A stretch of 63,851 nucleotides of DNA, the filler included, from Platydemus manokwari (taxonomy: Eukaryota): NCBI GenBank assembly GCA_037951405.1. It is 6 parts of 6 records of this genome, joined end to end, with 100 filler letters (N's around TTAATTAATTAA, not from the genome) between each part and the next. Parts side by side here need not be neighbours in the genome. Positions count along the whole stretch, not along the records: positions 21,952 to 31,917 come from JBBMOY011183989.1; positions 32,018 to 41,873 come from JBBMOY011196432.1; 4 more parts are not named here. The stretch is one strand, 5' to 3'. Shown piece by piece: positions 25,471-39,954 of this stretch. The notes beneath the pieces were generated by a model. The model saw nothing but the letters and a program-made list of their open reading frames with translations, was not told the origin of the DNA and ran no database searches. Every line of letters begins with the position of its first letter. Within the stretch, counting starts at the first letter, position 1. The position numbers were made by a program, and so were the translations under genes.

Positions 25471-28389
25471 ATCTCCATCGATTATCTGAGTGTAGCTAAT
25501 TACGTTTTCTCGAATTTGCTTCGTCGTTTTTGAGGCGAAAATACTGAATTTTACTTAAGTATTTATTTGGATTTGGAATGTGGGCGAATTATTAATTTTA
25601 TTTCTGATTTATGGATTCCCTTAGTAATATCCATTGTTGTCATGGCAATTTGCATTTAAATTTGAATTTCTATGACTATATTTCGGATTGCCATGGCAAC
25701 GTGGATTAATAATTTGTCGAAAAAATTTTATATATATTATTAATATCATTCCGCCCGCACGCCTACATTTTAATTAATGTGGGTTTTCGGTTTTATTTAT
25801 TATTATTATTATGTATTATCTATGATTATGTAATTTATAGTATTTTATAGGCTTGCAGCCTGCATGGGTATTATCCCGATAGTACATTATTTTTTTGAAT
25901 AAGATATCTGAGCAAAATATTTGAGTTTATACACTTAAATAACTCTGGTTATGAATGAATTTTGTGTCGAATTGAAATTCTCAATTTGTTGTTCATTCCG
26001 AATAAATGCTGCCTTTTTTTTGCTCCACACAACTTACTTGTTTATTTGGGGAGGCATTTGTGCAATGAAATCATTGGGGTAATGAGTAGAAATTCTTGCA
26101 AGATTTCTTAGTTTCATCTTTAGTATCCTTTAGATTAAAATTTGGTTTAGATATACAATAAAGGCACCAATTTAAAATTTTTTTAAAAACAAGAGTTTAT
26201 ATGGTTTAATGAATTTTTAACAATTAATTTTCGTCATAAAATTTCTCGAAGTTTTTATGCATTGATCACATTTGCAATTCAAAAGAGAGTGGAGTGCGCT
26301 GAATGTTCGGTTCTAGTTTGTTTCTTGGTACATTTTGACTGCTGGGCATCAATTTTATCTAGAGAAAAGTGTGATTTGGGTGTCTCTGCATATTGCTGGT
26401 ACTCAGGGCAAAGATAATAGAGCATCCAAACAGTTGATGAGTAATTAGAAGTTGCTGAGGTTGCATAATATCAGGGGTAGAGAGTGTTAGAATTTTTAAT
26501 TGAATTAAATTTTTTAAGATATAATTTTATCTGAAATTCGATTTTAAATAATATTATATTAATTTGTTTATATGATTGTATTTAAATGTATAATATGATG
26601 TTGTGACGGCATCAGATAAAGAATTTAAAGCTATGACAGGGTTAAAAAAAATCTAAATAAAATTGGCGATAAAAAGTTAGATAAAGGGCTTAGTAGCAAT
26701 TTAAAATGTTTGCGGTTTGTTTGGAACCAAAGTACACACACATATATATGTGGTTTCAGGGTCCATGCTGCAGTCTTTATAATATGAACATATTAAGTAA
26801 ATAAACGCGGAAAACCATTGAGAGAAGAAATACATTTGGCCCATATATAGGACTACATGAGCACTATATATATATTAATGCCAAAATTTATTATATCAGC
26901 GAAATAGATTCTCTACGATAAAATTTATTCTCTGCGCCAAATTTGGTATGAATATTTTAGGCATGACTATTTTAATGACTGATATTTTTCACAACAATAA
27001 TAAGTATTATGTTTAGACATAAAATCTGTCTAAGACTTTTATACATCAATACATTATAGATCTTCTAGATTATTGTATTTAATAAACATTTTAAAATTTT
27101 TTATAATTATCGAACCCCAACATTTGTATGTAGTATGCAGAAATAATGTTAAAAATAAAGAGACTATATTAATATTTATAAAAGAAAAGGATTTGGCTAA
27201 ACAATACTGTCAAACTCTCACTATGAAAATTATTAAAATAAAATTGCAATTTTTGTTAAAAAAATATAATATAAAAATGTGGGAATAAATATCACTGCAT
27301 ATATATTGATAAATGAAACTGCAAATCGATTATTAACAATAAAAAGTAGCAACCCTACGTGCTTGTATGAGATCTTATATTATTCAATTTCTCAGTGAAT
27401 TCTACAAATAAATACCGTAATGATTTGTTGAATCGATGCAGAAACATTCCGATTTAACCTGCAATGTTTCTACTACTATGTAAAATTCACTGCAGCTCTC
27501 TTTTTTGCGTTTTTTATAACCTTTTATTTTGATTTTTTTTAACAAACTAGGTAATATTTATTCAGTTTATATTTTCCTTTGTCTTCTCAAATTACTTGTT
27601 CTTCGTTTCTCTCTATTATTATTAATAATATTATTAATATTACTATTATTATTATCATCATCATTATTGCTATTGTTGTTCAATTTTCCATTATTTTTTA
27701 AGATATTTGAACTCATGAATTGTTATTGAACACCAAAATAAAGTAATAAACAGAACAACAAGAATTAAATTATTAAATTATTACCAAAATAATATTGTAA
27801 TTTAAATGTTTGTTTAAACGTTGACACTGATTGGGCTAGAATTCAAAAGATTTTGATTTTTGGATGTTTGAATTTTAAGAGAAAAAATTGTATTATCCAG
27901 GAACCTGTTGTTGCATTTTTGATAATTGGATATTGAGGCTGAATTGGTATTCCCTCAACAATTTATTGTGCGCTTTAATGATTACAGTCACCGCCCTATA
28001 TAGGCAGAGGTGAGTCATTCACAGATATTCTCTGTGAATTTAATTTAATGCTGTGCATATATGTTTAATGCACTATGATTTATCGTGGCAGTGAGAAATT
28101 CTCTGAAATTAATTCCACTAAGGCAGAGAGAATTTCTCTGCGAATTTAATGCACGGTAATTTATTTTTATATTATATATTACTATATATAATATTCCCGT
28201 CAGTCACAAAATTTACCCTGAATTTTCATAAAAATGTTTTTTCATGCAATAATAAAAAATTATATATTAATTCCATGCAATTAACGTTAAAAAATTGTCA
28301 TAAGCCCCAAAACCCAACCATTTTATTAATGGCGGCGTTTTGTGTGACAATTTATCAAGTTGTTCGGTACATCACAAATCAACCAAAAG

Positions 28390-28806
28390 GGTTACAGGAA
28401 CCCAGAAAATAACCCTAAAATGGTCGATCCAATAAGCGGATGTGCCGTCCGTCAACCAATCAGATTCGTTTTAATATTGTTCCATACTTGGGAGTTAAGA
28501 TTAGATAGGTACATACCTAAAAATGGTAGCAAACTCAAATATCTGTCAATAAAATAAGATATACGAGGAAAATTTCAAGCAGACCAATCCGTGAACTAAT
28601 TCAGCAAATGAAAAACGAAGCTTCGTGAGATCAAGCAGATAAACTCAATAGATTTTTCAAAGAAGTTGAATTCTATGAGTAACTGCCAATCTTGTTTATT
28701 TCGTAAGCTGCTTACCAATCTTAACTTTGTGTGATTTTCAGTCTTTTTGATTATTTTCTATTCTGTCTTTGACTTTCTGGAGTTGATCCCATCTTGTGTG
28801 ATAAAC
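28390..28806 (+). repeat. LTR-like dispersed repeat (about 410 bp); inverted homolog at 42452-42864
   Basis: Shared blocks acaggaacc..aaataacc.taaaatggt, ccaatcagattc, aattcagcaaatgaaaa, gttgaattc.atgagtaactg and gtgattttcag occur in the same order. Confidence 0.8.
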
Positions 28807-31800
28807 AATCGTTAATTATAAAGATATTTAATTGTTGAGATTGTAACATTTTGAGAAATATAATTTTCAAATTTAATTGTTGATTAATACCTAACAAAAC
28901 AACAATAATTTTCTGAATAATTTAAGTTTTGCGCGAATTCACTTAATTATCATAAAAATCAAAAGAATTGTTTAATAAACACAATATCTCTTAACAAACC
29001 TTAACTTAAATGTAGAATTTAAACAGTTCACAGAAATAGTAGAAATTTACATTGTTTTAGGGTTTATAGAAGAAGAATTAAGTTGAAAACTTTGTCAGAG
29101 CATCAGCTATGTGATTCTGATTTATTTCTCTGTTTTATTTTCTCATTATCCATTTAAAATAGTAGATTGCAACTTTCAACTTGGTTTACATGACTATTAT
29201 AATTTGATATCTTATTTAGATTTACCCTACAAAAATGTTTACCTTGAAAGAAATAAAGCTCAGGGATTAGTTCGAAGCGACTAAGAGATCTGAATTAACA
29301 AAATAAAATAACAAAAATATTTGATAAATTATAAGTGCCTTTACTTTGACTTAACTCAAATAATTTTATCAAAAATTTGAACTCTTAATAAATATTCTAA
29401 AATCTGAATCAATTGTTTTAATGACAAGATTTGAAAAAGTAACAAATTCCTCAAATATTTATTTCTTGATAAGATATGATTAAATTATTCAAAAGTTTTC
29501 ATTCGAATATAAAACTTGAATATTGAGGTAAAAACAATTTAAAATTTCTGGTTTCTGCAAAGCATAGAAAAATAGAAAAATTATCCATTATATGCATACA
29601 TAAAGCAATATGATTTCTATTTTATCAGATAACATTTTTCTAGAATGCAAATATGAAATATATAATATAAAAAGCCAAATAAATTTTTCACTATGCTATT
29701 TCTCCCATGAATTGAAAACCATTAGCGTTTCTATCTGTCTCAAATTGTCACTTTAAATTTATTCTAGTAACAATTAACATCTAGTGTTTAATTAGAATAT
29801 TGCATATTCAAAGTTAATATTGCCCGGAATTTCAGAAGTAAACCTTATAAAATGATCATTTACTAAATAATGCTTTGTAGTTATGTTATTTTAAATCTTC
29901 TTACAGATTATATATACATAAAAACAAAATTCATTCATCACATTATATTGTTTGCCCAGTTAGAAATCCTTTTCCTTGAAATCTGTCAAAAGCAACGATA
30001 AAATAAATAGATATAAAATGATGATACTATATGAATAAATGTCAACAACTCATCTAACGGTTTGAGTTTATTGCTCTCAAAGGAAGTATTATAACTGAGC
30101 ACGGGAAATGGAATGTTTTGTTGCAATCAGCTAAATACGATATGTTTATATACGATGACCCGAGGAAAATATTTTCTGTATTTGATCGCATATATTTATT
30201 TTAGCAATGAATCTTACTAGTGATAATAGGTTTAATTGCATAGGTGAAGAGGGTTATAAAAAGATTTTAGATGTCTAACTTTAAGGAAGTGAAAAATATT
30301 TTAACACGCTCAAAACTCTGTATCAATTAATTTAATATAAAATTTAAATATAGTAGCTTTAATTAGCGAAAAGTGTATATTCGAATGGTTTAATTTTGGA
30401 AATTTAAACTAGCTGAAACTTTTTCTAAAAATGCACCTGAATTATCGTCAATTATTTTAAATAACTCAGAAAATTAAGTTTTTTTTCTTTTTTGAAAATA
30501 AAGAACCAATAAATTTGATTGATTCTGTTATATTTCTAAAAATTATCGAAGAAAAATTATTTCTGATAATTAAACAGTGTAAATATTTTTGATTTTATAT
30601 TTTTAATGTTTTATTGTATTTACACCTACAGGTTTTGTTTGATACACATTCAACATAAAATTTAAGTATTCTTTGATCATGGAATTTTGATCTTCACTAG
30701 AAAAGAGAGAATCAGGGATTGGATAACAAAATTATATCGGTCAATATTGTATTGATTTATTAAATTATACAGCAATAAATTTCCTGGAAAACAGAAAAGC
30801 TGTGTGAATTTGTTATCAGTATAAAAGTTTTAATTTATTTGATAACTTACAATTAATGTACGAAAGTTTCGAAAGTGAAAAGGTCTGATGCGTTTCCAGA
30901 TATCATAGGAATATTATAACAAAGCAAGAAATTACTCCAACAGAAATATAAAAAATTGATCAAGTTTTGAGGATTTTAAGAATTTTGACTTCTTAATAAA
31001 ATTAAATTTAAAAAATGAGTACGTTATTTATGTGACAGAACAATAAAAGTGGATATTATTTTGTTTTGGAGTCCATCTCAATATACTGAAATTTTATGAC
31101 GTTAGAGCTCATAAATAACCCAATTTAAGATCCTATGTCGGGGTACTTCCTTGATAGATTTAATTAAAGGCATTCTATGATTATGTTGAATTATGAACAC
31201 ATTTGATAACAATTGTTTATTGATCAAAATTACAATTACTATTCAGCACCTTTACAATACAAATATCAATAAATAATACTTTCATGACATTGAGCCATAA
31301 CATCATCATCTTTGCAGGTTCTCAACTCTCATTTAATGATTTGATTTTCAAAGTTCCAGGGTGGAGCTGGATTTTTTTTATGTGAAATTTCTCATCCTTC
31401 CTAAGATTTTGTCTTTCTTGTTTGAGTTAGTGTCCTTTCTAGTTACTATAAATCAACATCACATCAAAGTTACATTACAACAATATCACATTACCATTCA
31501 ATGGTCATGAATCACATATAAGTAAATGATAACAGAAAATCAATAATAAATGTGTACTTGACATTGTTATCGTGATACGATAAACTAGAATGACCGAAAA
31601 AGAAAGTTTAAAATGTAAGATATGAAATCAGAAATGTATAATAAATGAGGCATCAACATAATTGTCACTATCCATAATTGTTCGTCAATTGCATTAGTTA
31701 CTTAGACTAATTCTCTTTCATAGAATACATCGAAAATGTAATATTAGATTTTTGTATGGTGGATTTGATGTGAGTGGTGAAATTTGGTAATTATTGGTTG

Positions 31801-31917
31801 TATTTTACCTTTTTGATTTATGGCTATGCTTGTGATTTCTAATCGGACTCCAAACGATTGGTTGACAACTATTAGGTTGTGAGTGATTAGGTTGCGTTCG
31901 TATTGAAGTATAGATAT

Positions 31918-32017
31918 NNNNNNNNNNNNNNNNNNNNNNNNNNNNNNNNNNNNNNNNNNNNTTAATTAATTAANNNNNNNNNNNNNNNNNNNNNNNNNNN
32001 NNNNNNNNNNNNNNNNN
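31918..32017. other. Artificial contig spacer
   Basis: N44-TTAATTAATTAA-N44. Confidence 0.98.
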
Positions 32018-35000
32018 AGTAAAACAATGGAATGCGTTAATAGCTCACAACACTTAATACTCAGATACAGAATTAACCTACGTTTGAGTGCAATATTCAT
32101 AGTAAATGAGCAGATATTTGTTTGTTTCCTCTAATGTAAGTTTTATCTAGTGTTCCTAATTCAGGAAATTTTCTACTCTTGTGTTTATAACAATTTTATT
32201 TTGTTAGTAAAATAATCGTACCAATTTATTTTTTCTTATTATAAAAATTTGACTTTTCCTTGTTTTTTGATAACTGATTTGTTTGTAAAAATCTTTTCTT
32301 TATTATTTATTATTTATTATTTATTTTATCATATTATTCTGTTGAGGATAATCCATAACCTGTTGTCTTGCCTTGAAGCCAATTTTCAATCTTGATATTC
32401 TTAGTCCCAGTTTAGTTCTGATTAATATTTTGCCGTTGTATTCCTGTAAGGTTATTTTCGATCATTTGAAAATGTTTCTGATTATTTCGATTTTTAGTAA
32501 TTTAACGAGTATTCAATTTGATTAGTGTAGTATTTTAGTTTGATGACCATTGATTATACACAAACAAACAACGAATCAAGACATAAATGGTTAGAATTTG
32601 ATAATATAGTTTGAATTCATTCTCTGTTATGCAGAATATGATAAATAAAGTTGAACGAATAAATTTTAAATCAATCTAGGACATTAAAATAATAAATTAA
32701 AGCACAAAACATGTTACATCATAAATAGCTGTAAAATTCAAAATTCGCACGTTTGAAACCTTGTTCTTGTACTTATAAATATATTTTCCACTTGACGGTA
32801 AATATCATTTGATAGATTTAAACCCATTAAATTAAAGATTAAATTTAATCATTATCAGTGATAAAACCCATCGTTATATTGGTAATTTGTGTCACCCAAT
32901 CAGAGCAAATGAAATGACCAAATTTCACTCCGAGGAAAATGTGAGAATGAACACCAAGAGGTTTTGGTAAAATGCCAATTTGTTGAAGACAATTTCCTAA
33001 AGAAATGTTTGCGTGTATCTTTCGAATACCTTTACCGCTGCAACAATAATAGTGGAAGAATTTGTGAATAAAATGATCAACTAAATTTCTTTATTGTTTT
33101 TAATAAATCTTTAAAATATCTTTTTTATCTTAATTTGAAAAGCTCGATAAATTTCAATGAATCGAAATATAAAGAAGATAATAATGATAACGAAGAAATG
33201 CAAATTTATCATCCAATCAATGGTCCATAAATGCAATTTTCTAATAATTACCTATAAAAAAGCTGTTTTACTCGAATATCATTAGAGGATATTCAGTAAT
33301 TGGTTGTTGTTTATGTGGGCTATTTTGTGATTGATATCGTGTAACTTTAATTTAATTTCTTATTTTCAAACCGTTCGATAAAGCCGAATCATTTTTATCG
33401 CCTCTATAATAAATATTATCGATAATTAAGATAGTTTTGTAAATAGTGTAAAGCTGTGGTTCTAGAACTCAAAGCTTCTGTAAATGCATTCTGTAAATGC
33501 TTTCTAGTTAGATATGAAAACTACTTAAATTAGCAAAGAAACAGGCCAAGAAATTTATTAAGGATTATTGGGCAATCAAAACAACGAAATTTTGACCATC
33601 ACAAGACTGACAGTTTTTTCAAACACATATGGTAAGCCTTCAAAAAAACCTGACTCACAAATACCCCCTGTACTATCCCATTGAAGGTTTATTGGACCGG
33701 CATTTTTTGTCATCCAAATCAACAAGATATAGCAACAAAATTTGAACAGCTCTACAATCTTGTTTCCAAAATTTCACTATTCACCAATCAAATAATTTAA
33801 ATTTATGACAATCATCGCAACCATAATTTTCATCATCATGAAATTAAACATAATTTTTTTATTCTTTTATCTTATTTTTATCTTATTCTGTATTATTTAA
33901 GCTATAATTCTACACTTATAACAGTTACTCCGAGATAGTAGAGTACGATGAACAACGAAGCAGTATCTTTTGGTTCATATATGTAGCCACAAATCCTTCG
34001 TTGGTAATTGGCGTTTTGTTTGTATTTCGATGTAAGATCGCATTTTATAAAGCAGAAATTACACAAAGCTGCCCAAAGCCGAATGATAAATGATTGTGAA
34101 GTCGATTGATTTGATAGTGAATTTGATTCGACGTTAAGAAAACCATTAAAGGCTGTATTTAAGAATAAATAATTAGAGAAACTTGTAAAGTGTAAAATAA
34201 TTTTTCGATATTCATAACTTAGAAAATACTGAACGATAATTTCATCACAATTTTTCTTAAAAACTTTTGATTCTACTTTAAATATGTTCATGAGATAATA
34301 TTGATTCATTTAGGTTTCTTGAAAATTGACTTCGAAGAATAATTAATCAGATATTTGTCAGGATAAAATATATTGATACATTAAAACCTTCAAACCAATT
34401 GATACATTCAAAATGTAACCAAAATTATATCATATTATATAATATTTTGTAAGAAAAATACATTGATACTTATATATCGATACATAGTATTTGCGTATAC
34501 ATAATATTACATTGTCATCGGTGTTTTAGTTCACTCAAATATTCAAATCCCCAATATTCGTATGATATACTTTAATTTGATGTCCAATTTTTACAAATCC
34601 AATTGGGTCAATCAATTTTTCATGTAAGTGATTGGCTAATAAATGTCTACGTGCTCTTGGGATGTCATATTCTTTGTCGAAATGAAATCTTTAATATATG
34701 TCGGCTTTTTTTGGTTATCATCACTGTATGGCTATAAAGACATGAATGTGAGTAAAGTATCAAACCATGAATTTAAAAGTGCTAAAATCGTAAATTGGTA
34801 TGCTATGCACACACTCTCACAACAATAAACTAATTCTATATTATTGGTTGGGAAGAACAGTTTCAGTCTGACTGCTAATGAAATTTGGATTAAGATGTGA
34901 GTATTATGTTCTTATGAAGCTAAAACCCAGTTATAATAATGGCAAGCAGATAAATTATCATAGCTTCGAATCCACTAATAAGAGTATGTTAATCAATAAT

Positions 35001-38000
35001 GATATGTAGGAGGAACATAGAGCCATCCCATCATTGGCTACCTATTAGAGTTTGCATATTCCTTAAACGAAAAGCCCTGAAGAAAATTATTATAATGTTA
35101 ATATGACGTTTTTTTTAATTTATTACCATTTTCGTCCATTTCTAAGAGAAAATGTACAGCAAATAGAATATTTTGTAAAGAATGGAAACAATGTTAAAAA
35201 ATTAGTCGAAATAGCTATGAAGAGTATCGGAATTGATAATGACATTTCAATGAAAAAGTTTATAAAAATGGTTCCACTATAATGACAAGCAATCACAAAT
35301 TTGTTTTTGTTAGAAATTATAATGTAATTTAAGATATTTTATATAAATTTTATAAATAGGCTCACATTTGATTTATTTGAGGGTATTTGATTAAAAGTAA
35401 AAATAAGTATTTATTTAACTGTCAAGACGTATTAAAGGCAATTTTTAATAATAATTTTAAAGATGTTCAGTTTTGAACATTTTCTTATGTTCATTAAATG
35501 CCTCTGTGGCAGAAAGAATTGATGAAGACTAAAAGGGAATTTCGAAAAGCAGATTGGGGAACTAAACAGTGAGAAAATCAAATAAGTAGTCTAAAATCAT
35601 AGAAAATGAAACATATGATTTAAATCGACCAAGGTAAACAAAACGTTAATATAACTCCCTTAAAAATTATTTAAATTCAGGATTTCAGATAAAACTGGAA
35701 AAAATAAAAAAAAATTTCCAGTTCCGACATTCAGGACAGTGGTTTTGCCAAAGATATGTTATGATAAAGCATATAGGATCAAGTCAAAGTCTTGAAAAAT
35801 AACATTTTAAAAACGGCTTCCAACACTACGACGGGATAGTTTTGATTTATCAGACTTTGATATAAAATGAACCTAAACTACAACATTTTTATTTGGGATT
35901 ACGTAGTAAAAAGAAAAAAGATTTATAGAGAAGTTTGTGAATCGATTAAACGTGGTATCGATAAATTATATTTATTCCAAGTAAAAGCTTTGGTGGATAA
36001 TATATTAACTGATGAAGACATTTTTAAGCTAAAGATATTATTAAAAATTAACGTGAAGAAATTTTGAAGATTAAAGAAAATAATATAAACGATTATATAT
36101 AAAATTCACAAAAGAATGTGTATTCTAATCATTTTCTTTTCTTAATATAGAAATTTCTTCGATCAATAATTTTCTTTCTAGATTATTAGATGAATTTGAC
36201 AACATGTTATTGCCTCTGTTCATTGTGATGGCTTATGAACAATTCAAAATTCAAATTGACAAAAAAGATGACAAATCAGATGGAAATAAATTTTTAATAT
36301 TTTAAAATTTGTTTGAAAATGGATGTATTGGAAATATATTATTTTGTTCTGGAGAAAAGATGACTTTTGGTTTTAAAATTAAAGACGAAGAAATTTTGGC
36401 ATCCAGCACTTCTTAATTTCTGTATTTTTCGTTGTCTTTTTTTATAATCTCTTTATCTTTTTACTTATATTTTAATAATATTTATGCTTGTAATAGTAAT
36501 CATAATCTACTTTTAGATGAAATTATTTATTTTCCATTTTAGGATTTTATTTAAGCAATTTTTGTTGATTCTAAGAACTGGTTTGGTGCTCAATAATATC
36601 TTAAATACTCCTTCTGGATTTTAGTTTTTTGTATGATTTACTTGGACATTTCATCGATTTTCCTTAGATATTTATTTAGAATATCATTATATTGTCCATG
36701 TAAAGATCGTCTTAGTCTCGCATTTGTTAATGACTTATCTTAAAAATCAAGAATAAAACTAAATCACATTTCAATTGCAGTCTCATTTAGCTCAACATAG
36801 ACTTCTTTTCTTAACTTATAAAGATTCTCTATTGAAATTCCAAGAAAATCTCATGGAATAAAATAAAAGTTTCGTATTGAGATCTAATTTATTCGGCCGA
36901 CAAATAGTGAGATTTAACTTCAGACATCAAAAGAAAATAAATAATGTTTCTTAAAACCAATTTATTGTTTATATTAACTGTTGCTGTTAAAGGAAATATC
37001 AATGGCAGCGTAAATAGATAAAATAAATAAATTGAAATAAATTGTCGTTTTGGTAAAGGGTTATTATATTTACTGGTCATATAGAGGGCTTCAATAGCTA
37101 GTATGAGGACGAAACTATTAGAAAATTAAACTGAATAAAGGTCAAAAATGGTAAGCCTGTAATATATGACCAACTGTGGCAACAAGGACTTATGATATCC
37201 CGTTGTCACCAGAATAACCTATGAGTTGAAATGACATTAACACGCTTGTAACTAAAATGATAACACGTTAAATTAAATAATTTATTTGAGAAGAACGAAA
37301 ATAAGTAACAATAAAAAAGAACAAAACAAATTTTGCTAAACTGTGTAGTACATTAAGCGAGCAGATAACTACTTGATTATTTGATTGATGACGATTGAAT
37401 AATCGGATTGTTTGAATAATTGTGGGAATAATTAGATTGGGTTAATGAATTCGATTACTGTGCGGATCATTTGACTCGGATTTGGGATGCATAACTGTTT
37501 TCTGGGGTTTAGCTGATTGTTGTTGTATATATTCGATTTTCACTGTCATTGAGATTTGAATATGTTGTTGTTGAACATATTTGGTTTTGAGGGTTTGTTC
37601 AATGATGATTTTGAGGATGATGTAGATGGTGCATCCTCAACAATTTTCCTTAAAGATTTATTTAAAATATCATTAGATATTTTATGTAACTATCGCGTTA
37701 GTATCGGAACAAAATCTAGTTTCCATTGTAGTCTCATTTAACTCAACGTGAACTTCTTTTTCTTAACTTACTTTCTATTAAATTTCCATGAAACAGTCAT
37801 TGAATATAATAAAAGTTAAAAGAAAAAACCAATAGCAGCATGGTTAATAAATTTAATTTCAGAGATATAAAATTGTATAATTAAATATTGAACCGATAAA
37901 ATAATAGGAGAAATATTGAATAAATTTAGATGATAATTATTAAGTAAAACAAATAAAAATAAAAAATAAATGATAAACATAAAAATATATGCATTTAAAA

Positions 38001-38852
38001 ATAACAAGATTTGTTTAAATGAATTAAACTTGCAATTATATTCAATTATTAAAATGAATTTAAATACAATACGTTCTCTTTTATTAAGGTGTTTAATGTT
38101 CTGCATATGTTGCAGAAACACCGATGATATTAATATTTGCTGCCATCCGATTTATTCTGTGCCCATTCCAGAAAGTCGTGAGGATGTCGTGGGGCAAAAT
38201 AGACAGGTTGGATCACATCTGCGAATATCGCGGATGTTAGATAATTAGTTAGATAAATAGGTTGCATGTGTAAATAATTGCATTTTAGTGTAGATCTTAG
38301 TACTCGTATATTATATAAATTTAAAAATTATAAAAATTATATTGTATCAAATATTTTATTAATCACATATCTTGTATCTCCATATTTATCGTATTCGTAA
38401 ATGTACATCTTAAAAATTATAAAAATTATAAAAATTATAAAATATTAAAATTCCAAAAATATGAAATAAGTTTAATAATAATTTATCTTAAAATGTCATA
38501 TTTATGGTTTCCATTAAAATTCAATTTGCTTAAATTAATTTTAGATTTGAAAATTATAAATTATAAAAATATATAAAATTAGACATATTATTAAACAAGT
38601 TTAATATTCATCTATCATCGGTAAAACTGTCCCAAAAAATAATATTAATATCTGAAATCTGAGGAAGAAGCTGATGATGTAAGTGTTTTAAGATATTGTG
38701 ATTATAATGATAACTGATGATGTTTAGTGTGGTATGGATTTGACAACTGGTATCACATGTTGCTGAACACAAGGATATCCAATGAACATCAATTCCACTT
38801 TAAATGAATCAATGAATTGAATGGACCACCACTAGCAAGTGACACAGAAGTA

Positions 38853-38893
<41 letters not shown>
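38853..38893 (+). repeat. (ATT)n microsatellite
   Basis: Seen directly. Confidence 0.9.
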
Positions 38894-38896
<3 letters not shown>

Positions 38897-38990
38897 ATAT
38901 TGATTTTTGGACAATTCAGTTGTATGTACTCAAATATTTTGTTCTACAAATTTTCTCTTTATTAGGCTAATAATGGTTTGATGCTTGTAA

Positions 38991-39629
38991 TTATGTCATT
39001 GGGATTCATATTTTGAAATTAAATTTCTAACACAGGCTATGAAAAATATTTGCAATAGCTAATAGACAGAAATAGAAATGACGTTAATCGATATTTAGAA
39101 GAAATAAAAATTTCTTCTCACTTTTTCATTCTGTTTTGTTAGAAATTATCAATTCTTCATTATCTTAGAATGTAAGTGGATTTCTGAATGGAACGATTGC
39201 ATTAACGAATAAATTAATAACAATGACGAAATTGTTGGTCATCTAAATAGTGACGAACAAATATATAAAAGATACCGTTCCATTGCTGGTAAATATTGAT
39301 GGTTATTATGTCATCGGGATGCACCTTTTGAAATTAAATTTCTAACATAAACTATCAATAATATTTGTAAGAGCTAATAGATAGATATAAATAGAAATGA
39401 CGTTAATCTGTATTTAGAAGAAAGAAATATTTCTACTCATTTTTTAACTCTGTTTTGTTAAAAATTATCAATGCTTCACAATGTTTTGATATTAGAATGC
39501 AATGGGATTTCTGAATGGAACGATTGCAATAACGAATGAATTAATAACAATGGCGAAACTGTTGGTCAGCTGAATAGTGATGAAAAAATATATAAAAGAT
39601 ACCGTTCCATTGCTGGTAAATATTGATTG
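38991..39629 (+). repeat. Tandem duplication of about 315 bp (38991-39300 and 39306-39629)
   Basis: Both units run ttatgtcat.gggat..ttttgaaattaaatttctaaca...ggatttctgaatggaacgattgca...gataccgttccattgctggtaaatattgat. Confidence 0.92.
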
Positions 39630-39954
39630 AATGCAGATAATGGTTGGTTATCAATATATGATATTTTATTCAGATTATTTCATAATAAATGGATTGGATT
39701 GAACTAGGAAGATCAATCATAACCGAAAAAAACAACAAAAGGAAATCTGGAAACCTACTATAGACGAGCAATAAAATGTGTCAAAATTTATTTTCGTGCT
39801 GCACATTTCATAGTAAAATTATCGAACATATTATCGATTAAATCAAAATTGTTCTCAAATATTGTTGACAAATTTCAGCGCATAACAATCAATGGTCATG
39901 GATTTTTGCTTTATGAATTTAATGAAAATATGTGTTTAGAAATATGAAACTATT

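Noticed and set aside
27529-27729. Leu/Ile-rich hydrophobic ORF
   Set aside because: Low-complexity AT-rich sequence with no ATG start.
33902-34309. 135-aa ORF with YIYEPKDTASL..YLG, resembling the gamma-glutamyl carboxylase N-terminus
   Set aside because: No convincing downstream exons could be found; the similarity is too short.
37095-37125. Hammerhead-like aatagctagtatgaggacgaaactatt
   Set aside because: Lacks an intact CUGANGA core and stem II.
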